From an uncultured Actinomycetota bacterium (GTDB lineage Bacteria; Actinomycetota; Geothermincolia; Geothermincolales; RBG-13-55-18): DNA of 64,000 nucleotides. Position numbers and translations under genes: made by a program. Location of the stretch: contig CAZGWK010000001.1 in assembly GCA_964529285.1 (NCBI GenBank), forward strand, positions 72,452 to 136,451, written 5' to 3'. This document shows, one piece after another, positions 59,714-64,000 of the stretch. Within the stretch, counting starts at the first letter, position 1; each line of letters opens with the position of its first letter. Under the pieces are notes generated by a model. It saw nothing but the letters and a program-made list of their open reading frames with translations, ran no database searches and was not told the origin of the DNA.

Positions 59714-60622
59714 TCACCTGCGGCGGATGTCCCGGTGGCGCACGTTTATCAGCCAATCGGCGGCTTTCAGGCGTGCAGCCAACTCCTCCACCATGACCAC
59801 CGAGCGATGCTGCCCTCCTGTGCATCCCATGGCCAGGGTAACGTAACGCCTACCCTCCCGGAAGAACTTGTCCCTCAAGAAATCCACCAGGGATGCGATG
59901 CGTTCGAGGAACCCCATGCTCTCCTCCTGGCCCAGGACATATGCGCGCACGTCTTCGTCCTTGCCATTGCGGTCCCGCAGCTCGTCCACCCAGAAAGGGT
60001 TGGGAAGAAACCTCAGGTCGAAGACCATGTCTGCGTCCAGGGGAAGGCCGTACTTGTAACCGAATGACACCAGGCTGATCTCGAGCAGCACGGAGGTGTC
60101 TCCCGAACGGTACTGGTTCATGAGCTGCTCGCGCAGTTGGTGTACGTTTATCCCCGAGGTGTCGATAACGATATCCGCCCTGCCACGCAGTCCCTGGAGT
60201 AACTCCCGCTCCCGGGAGATGCTTTCGCTTATACCACCCGGAGAATTTATGGGGTGGGACCGCCTGGTCTCCTTGAAGCGTTTGACCAACGTATCGTCGT
60301 TGGCCTCCAGGAAGACTATGCCGTAGGGTGTGCCGCCGCGGTCGAGTTCCGCGAGGGATTCGTTGAGGTCATCGAAGAACTCCCCTCCGCGCACATCGAT
60401 GCCTACCGCCAGGTGTTCTATGTTGGCATCGCTCTGGGAGCCCAGCTCCACCATCTTCAGGAGCAACGATGGCGGCAGGTTGTCGACACAGAAATATCCG
60501 AGGTCCTCCATGCTCTTTATGGCGATGGACTTCCCTGCTCCGGAGAGACCGGTTATGATGGTTATCTCCAGCCCGATGCACCTCCCGGCGAAGCTATCTA
60601 CCAGGTCTATTATAACCCACAT
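59714..60622 (-). CDS. rapZ: RNase adapter protein RapZ (YvcJ)
   Basis: Has the P-loop ITGLSGAGKS and a C-terminal RapZ domain. The exact start is uncertain. Confidence 0.9.
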   Translation of the reverse strand: MWVIIDLVDSFAGRCIGLEITIITGLSGAGKSIAIKSMEDLGYFCVDNLPPSLLLKMVELGSQSDANIEHLAVGIDVRGGEFFDDLNESLAELDRGGTPYGIVFLEANDDTLVKRFKETRRSHPINSPGGISESISRERELLQGLRGRADIVIDTSGINVHQLREQLMNQYRSGDTSVLLEISLVSFGYKYGLPLDADMVFDLRFLPNPFWVDELRDRNGKDEDVRAYVLGQEESMGFLERIASLVDFLRDKFFREGRRYVTLAMGCTGGQHRSVVMVEELAARLKAADWLINVRHRDIRRR

Positions 60623-60851
60623 ACATCATATCAAACGTTAGGGACGGGAAGGGCGGGCGTGCCGCGCAGGCAGCAGTCGCTGCAAGAGTATCGCGCCGGG
60701 GGCCGCAGGGCGCGTCCCGCGGGTGCAGGCAGTACCCGGACATTGTAGGATGATGTTATAAGGACCTTCATTTGTGACGTAAGGACGTATATGCCGGCTC
60801 CGTCTCTGCGGGGCCGAAGACAAGCGACATGCAACGGGGAGAAGCAGTCTT

Positions 60852-62720
60852 ATGGTCATGGACGGGACGAGGCAAAGGTATCCCGATAAGTTCCTTCCCG
60901 AAGGCAAGATATTCGATCGCATTCAAAAAGGCGGGCGCCTTTTCGTGGGTACTGGCTGCGGGGAACCCCAACACCTCGTAAGCGCTCTGGTGGATTTCGT
61001 AGAGTCCCATCCCATGCATGTCATCGAAGCCGAGGTGCTGCACGTATGGACCCTGGGCGTTGCGCCTTATACCGACTCCAAGTTCAAGAAGAACTTCAGA
61101 TACAATACGTTCTTTATCGGTGAAAACGTCCGGGATGCCATCAACAAAGGAACAGCGGACTACACGCCAATGTTCCTGTCGCAGGTTCCCGACCTGTTCG
61201 CCAGGGGGTTGATCCCGGTCGACGTCGCACTCATCCAGACATCGCCGCCTGACGATTACGGCAGGTTGAGCCTGGGCATAAGCGTCGACATCACGAAGGC
61301 GGCAGTCGACAGCGCCTCGCTCGTCATATGCCAGGTCAACTCGAACATGCCTTACGTTCACGGAGATACGATGATAGATGTCGAGGACGTTGATTTCCTG
61401 ATCCCTTACGACGAACCGCTTCTCGAATACCAGACCATGGTAGCCGGCGAAATTGCACAGAGTATCGGCAACCACGTCGCACGTATAGTGAAAGACGGAG
61501 ACACCATACAGGTCGGCTACGGGAGCATCCCGAACGCTATACTCGCGAACCTCGAAGGCAAGAAGAACATAGGTATCCATACGGAATTGTTGAGCGACGG
61601 TATCGTGGAGCTCATGCAGAAGGGAGTCGTCGACAACAGCATGAAATCCATAGACCGGGGAAAAACGGTCGCGACATTCTGCATGGGCAAAAGGAGCACA
61701 TATCGATATATCGATGACAATCCCGCATTTGAGTTCAAGCCGATCGACTACACCAACGATCCGCTGATCATAGCCAGGAACCATAACATGACCGCCATAA
61801 ACAGCGCTCTGGCCATTGATCTTGCAGGGCAGGCGACCGCCGAATCCATCGGTAGCCTGTTCTACAGCGGCATCGGCGGTCAGGCGGACTTCATGCGGGG
61901 CGCGGTCCTGGCCCGGCGAGGCAAGACCATCCTTGCCATGGAAGCTACGGCCGATGACGGGAAAACATCCAGGATCGTCCCCTGTCTGCCTGAGAGTTCG
62001 AGGGTCACCTTGACCTCCGGTGATATCCATTACGTCGTCACCGAATATGGAACAGCTTATTTACATGGCAAGAACGTCAGGGAAAGAGCCATGCAACTGA
62101 TATCCATCGCTCACCCCGATTTCAGGGCCTGGCTGGTAGAGGAAGCGAAGAGGCACAACCTTATTTACGCGGACCAGATGTTCGTTGCGGGCAAACAAGG
62201 AGAATATCCAGAGGAACTGGAAAGATACCGCGTCACGGAGGAGGGCCTTGAGATCCTGCTGAGGCCGGTCAAGATGAGCGACGAACCGCTGTTGAAAGAC
62301 TTTTTCTACTCCCTGTCAGACGAGAGCAACTACCGCAGGTTTTTCACCATGCGTCAGTACATGCCGCACGAGGTATTACAGAAATTCGTAGCTATCGACT
62401 ATACCAAACAGATGGTGATTCTCGCGGTGATCCAGGAAGATGAAAGGGAAAAGGTGGTGGGCGTCGGTCAATACGTGGTTGTCGGGGATACCAACGTTGC
62501 GGATGTCGCCGTGGCGGTAAAGGACGATTACCAGCGTGAAGGGATAGGGACGGAGCTGCTTGTATATCTTGCTCTTATCGCAAGGAGAGAGGGGCTGCAC
62601 GGTTTCTCCGCCGATTACTTTGCCCAGAACCAGCCCATCAATCACCTGGTGGCCAAATCCGGCCTGAACGTAAAAAAGGAGATCAGCTCGGGGGTCTGCC
62701 ACATCGAGATACCGTTCTAG
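60852..62720 (+). CDS. acetyl-CoA hydrolase/transferase-family (4-hydroxybutyrate CoA-transferase-like) domain fused to a C-terminal GNAT acetyltransferase domain
   Basis: The N-terminal ~430 aa have CoA-transferase family motifs (GIHTEL, GGQADF). The C-terminal ~190 aa carry the GNAT motif A QREGIGTELL. Confidence 0.75.
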   Translation: MVMDGTRQRYPDKFLPEGKIFDRIQKGGRLFVGTGCGEPQHLVSALVDFVESHPMHVIEAEVLHVWTLGVAPYTDSKFKKNFRYNTFFIGENVRDAINKGTADYTPMFLSQVPDLFARGLIPVDVALIQTSPPDDYGRLSLGISVDITKAAVDSASLVICQVNSNMPYVHGDTMIDVEDVDFLIPYDEPLLEYQTMVAGEIAQSIGNHVARIVKDGDTIQVGYGSIPNAILANLEGKKNIGIHTELLSDGIVELMQKGVVDNSMKSIDRGKTVATFCMGKRSTYRYIDDNPAFEFKPIDYTNDPLIIARNHNMTAINSALAIDLAGQATAESIGSLFYSGIGGQADFMRGAVLARRGKTILAMEATADDGKTSRIVPCLPESSRVTLTSGDIHYVVTEYGTAYLHGKNVRERAMQLISIAHPDFRAWLVEEAKRHNLIYADQMFVAGKQGEYPEELERYRVTEEGLEILLRPVKMSDEPLLKDFFYSLSDESNYRRFFTMRQYMPHEVLQKFVAIDYTKQMVILAVIQEDEREKVVGVGQYVVVGDTNVADVAVAVKDDYQREGIGTELLVYLALIARREGLHGFSADYFAQNQPINHLVAKSGLNVKKEISSGVCHIEIPF

Positions 62721-62827
62721 ATGGATGAACGACGTGCGAAAATGCCGCCTGCTATAGTGACTCAACCCCTTGCAGCGATGCGCCCGGCCTCCGCGGCCGG
62801 CGTTGCGGAGATGCCTCAAATCCTTTC

Positions 62828-63361
62828 TCATCTGCGGTAACCGGGAACCTGCCCCCGGACTTCAAAGTCGAGCAGCCATGCCTTTATGCTCTCCGCACCC
62901 CCATAGCCGCCGATGCATCCGTCTTTTCTGATGACGCGGTGGCAGGGGATGATGATAGGGAAGGGGTTGTCATGCATCACGTTGCCAACTGCCCTTGCCG
63001 CCCTCGGATAGCCGGCGAACCGGGCGACCTCGCCGTAGGAGCGGACTTCCCCTCGAGGTATGTGCGCGACTTCTTTCAGCACAGCCTCTTCGAAAGGCGT
63101 CCGGCATATCCTCGCGATAAGAACCTCGGTATAACGCATGGATATCTCCTCTCCCCGGAAGTACGCCTCCAGGGCTTCGCGCAAGCGGGAAACGGTCGCC
63201 GGGGAGGGCGGTGATTGTTGCTTAGCGTTCCGGCATCCGCCGGGCAGCGTCAGGAGTATGGGGATTCCGTTGAGCACGTGGACGTGCATCTCTCCCAGGG
63301 GGGTCGCCACGGCATAGATTAGCGCTTCTTTCATGCTGCATACTCCTCCGGTACGCCGCAT
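62828..63361 (-). CDS. ogt: methylated-DNA--protein-cysteine methyltransferase
   Basis: Has the PCHRV active site and a C-terminal HTH. Confidence 0.85.
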   Translation of the reverse strand: MRRTGGVCSMKEALIYAVATPLGEMHVHVLNGIPILLTLPGGCRNAKQQSPPSPATVSRLREALEAYFRGEEISMRYTEVLIARICRTPFEEAVLKEVAHIPRGEVRSYGEVARFAGYPRAARAVGNVMHDNPFPIIIPCHRVIRKDGCIGGYGGAESIKAWLLDFEVRGQVPGYRR

Positions 63362-63445
63362 GCGCGGCGCGGTACGTGCTTAAGCGAAACTATCATATCT
63401 CACCATCATGATGTTTCGTCATCGCGAGTCCCGGCGCAATATATG

Positions 63446-64000
63446 TCAATCTTCTTCCTGTGCGGCATGAAAGCGGCGGTAGACGCTCTCCGCGGTGCGG
63501 CGGTCGAGGAAGTCGAGCGCCTCCAGTTCCTCCAGGGATGCGGCCGCCAGGCGCGCGAGGCTCCCATAGTGGCGCATCAGGTGTTTCTTGCGCTTGATGC
63601 CCACGCCTGGTATATCGTCCAGGGCGGAGCGGCGCGTGCGCAGCGATCGCTGCTGGCGGTGATAGTCGATGGCGTAGCGGTGAGCTTCGTCCCTGATGCG
63701 TTGCAGCAGGTGCAGCGCCTCGGAGTCGCGGGGCAGGGATACCGTGCCTCTCTCTCCGGGAAGATGGACCTCCTCCATGCGCTTTGCCAGTGCCGCCACG
63801 TCTATATCCCAGATGCCCCGCTGCTGCACGGACTTGAGTGCCGCCGCCAGCTGTGCCTTTCCTCCGTCGATGACGATGAGATCGGGTTTCTTGTGGAAGG
63901 AGTCCAGGCGTGCGCCGCTTGCCCTTTTCTTCTCTTCGTGCCGTGCGCCATCCGCAAGCTTTGCCATGCGGCGCGCCAGCACTTCTTCTATCATCGCAGC
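63446..64000 (-). CDS. uvrC: excinuclease ABC subunit C, C-terminal part (5' end outside window)
   Basis: Has the DGGKAQL motif, an RNase H-like region and a C-terminal HhH. The ORF runs off the window end. Confidence 0.85.
   Translation of the reverse strand, partial: AAMIEEVLARRMAKLADGARHEEKKRASGARLDSFHKKPDLIVIDGGKAQLAAALKSVQQRGIWDIDVAALAKRMEEVHLPGERGTVSLPRDSEALHLLQRIRDEAHRYAIDYHRQQRSLRTRRSALDDIPGVGIKRKKHLMRHYGSLARLAAASLEELEALDFLDRRTAESVYRRFHAAQEED

Overview
A 64 kb, ~60% GC bacterial chromosome segment, densely packed with 70 protein genes and one tRNA-Pro(GGG). There are no rRNA genes, CRISPR arrays, transposases or prophage genes. Most content is housekeeping. Much of the gene order is conserved in Actinobacteria: uvrC…rapZ–whiA–gap–pgk–tpiA–secG, def–fmt–rsmB, recA–recX, miaB…miaA–dapF and hflX, an FHA(GarA-like)/MerR(FtsR-like) pair, hpt beside a DD-carboxypeptidase, and pgsA. 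It co-occurs with the Firmicutes-type rny–X–spoVS arrangement. Class III anaerobic ribonucleotide reductase (nrdD–grx–nrdG) and a DUF1858 protein point to an anaerobe, probably a deep-branching actinobacterium or another high-GC Gram-positive. Accessory content sits at 2.4–12.9 kb: PadR and TetR regulators with clear palindromic operators, followed by an acyl-CoA catabolic operon (PaaI thioesterase, SDR, acyl-CoA dehydrogenase, split B12 acyl-CoA mutase, thiolase+DUF35). Convergent on this operon is an internally duplicated Zn-ribbon protein of unknown function, preceded by an unexplained 600-bp structured leader. The second accessory stretch is a low-GC patch at 17.1–19.4 kb with small Cys-rich proteins, a wHTH regulator and a DUF559 endonuclease-like gene. 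No complete, clearly novel multi-gene system can be proven from sequence alone. The strongest candidates are the duplicated Zn-ribbon protein with its leader (11.2–12.9 kb), the AMMECR1/LigB-Memo pair inserted in the miaB–miaA operon, the GHKL-ATPase occupying the ymdB slot, the CoA-transferase–GNAT fusion, and the 17.8–19.4 kb small-gene patch.
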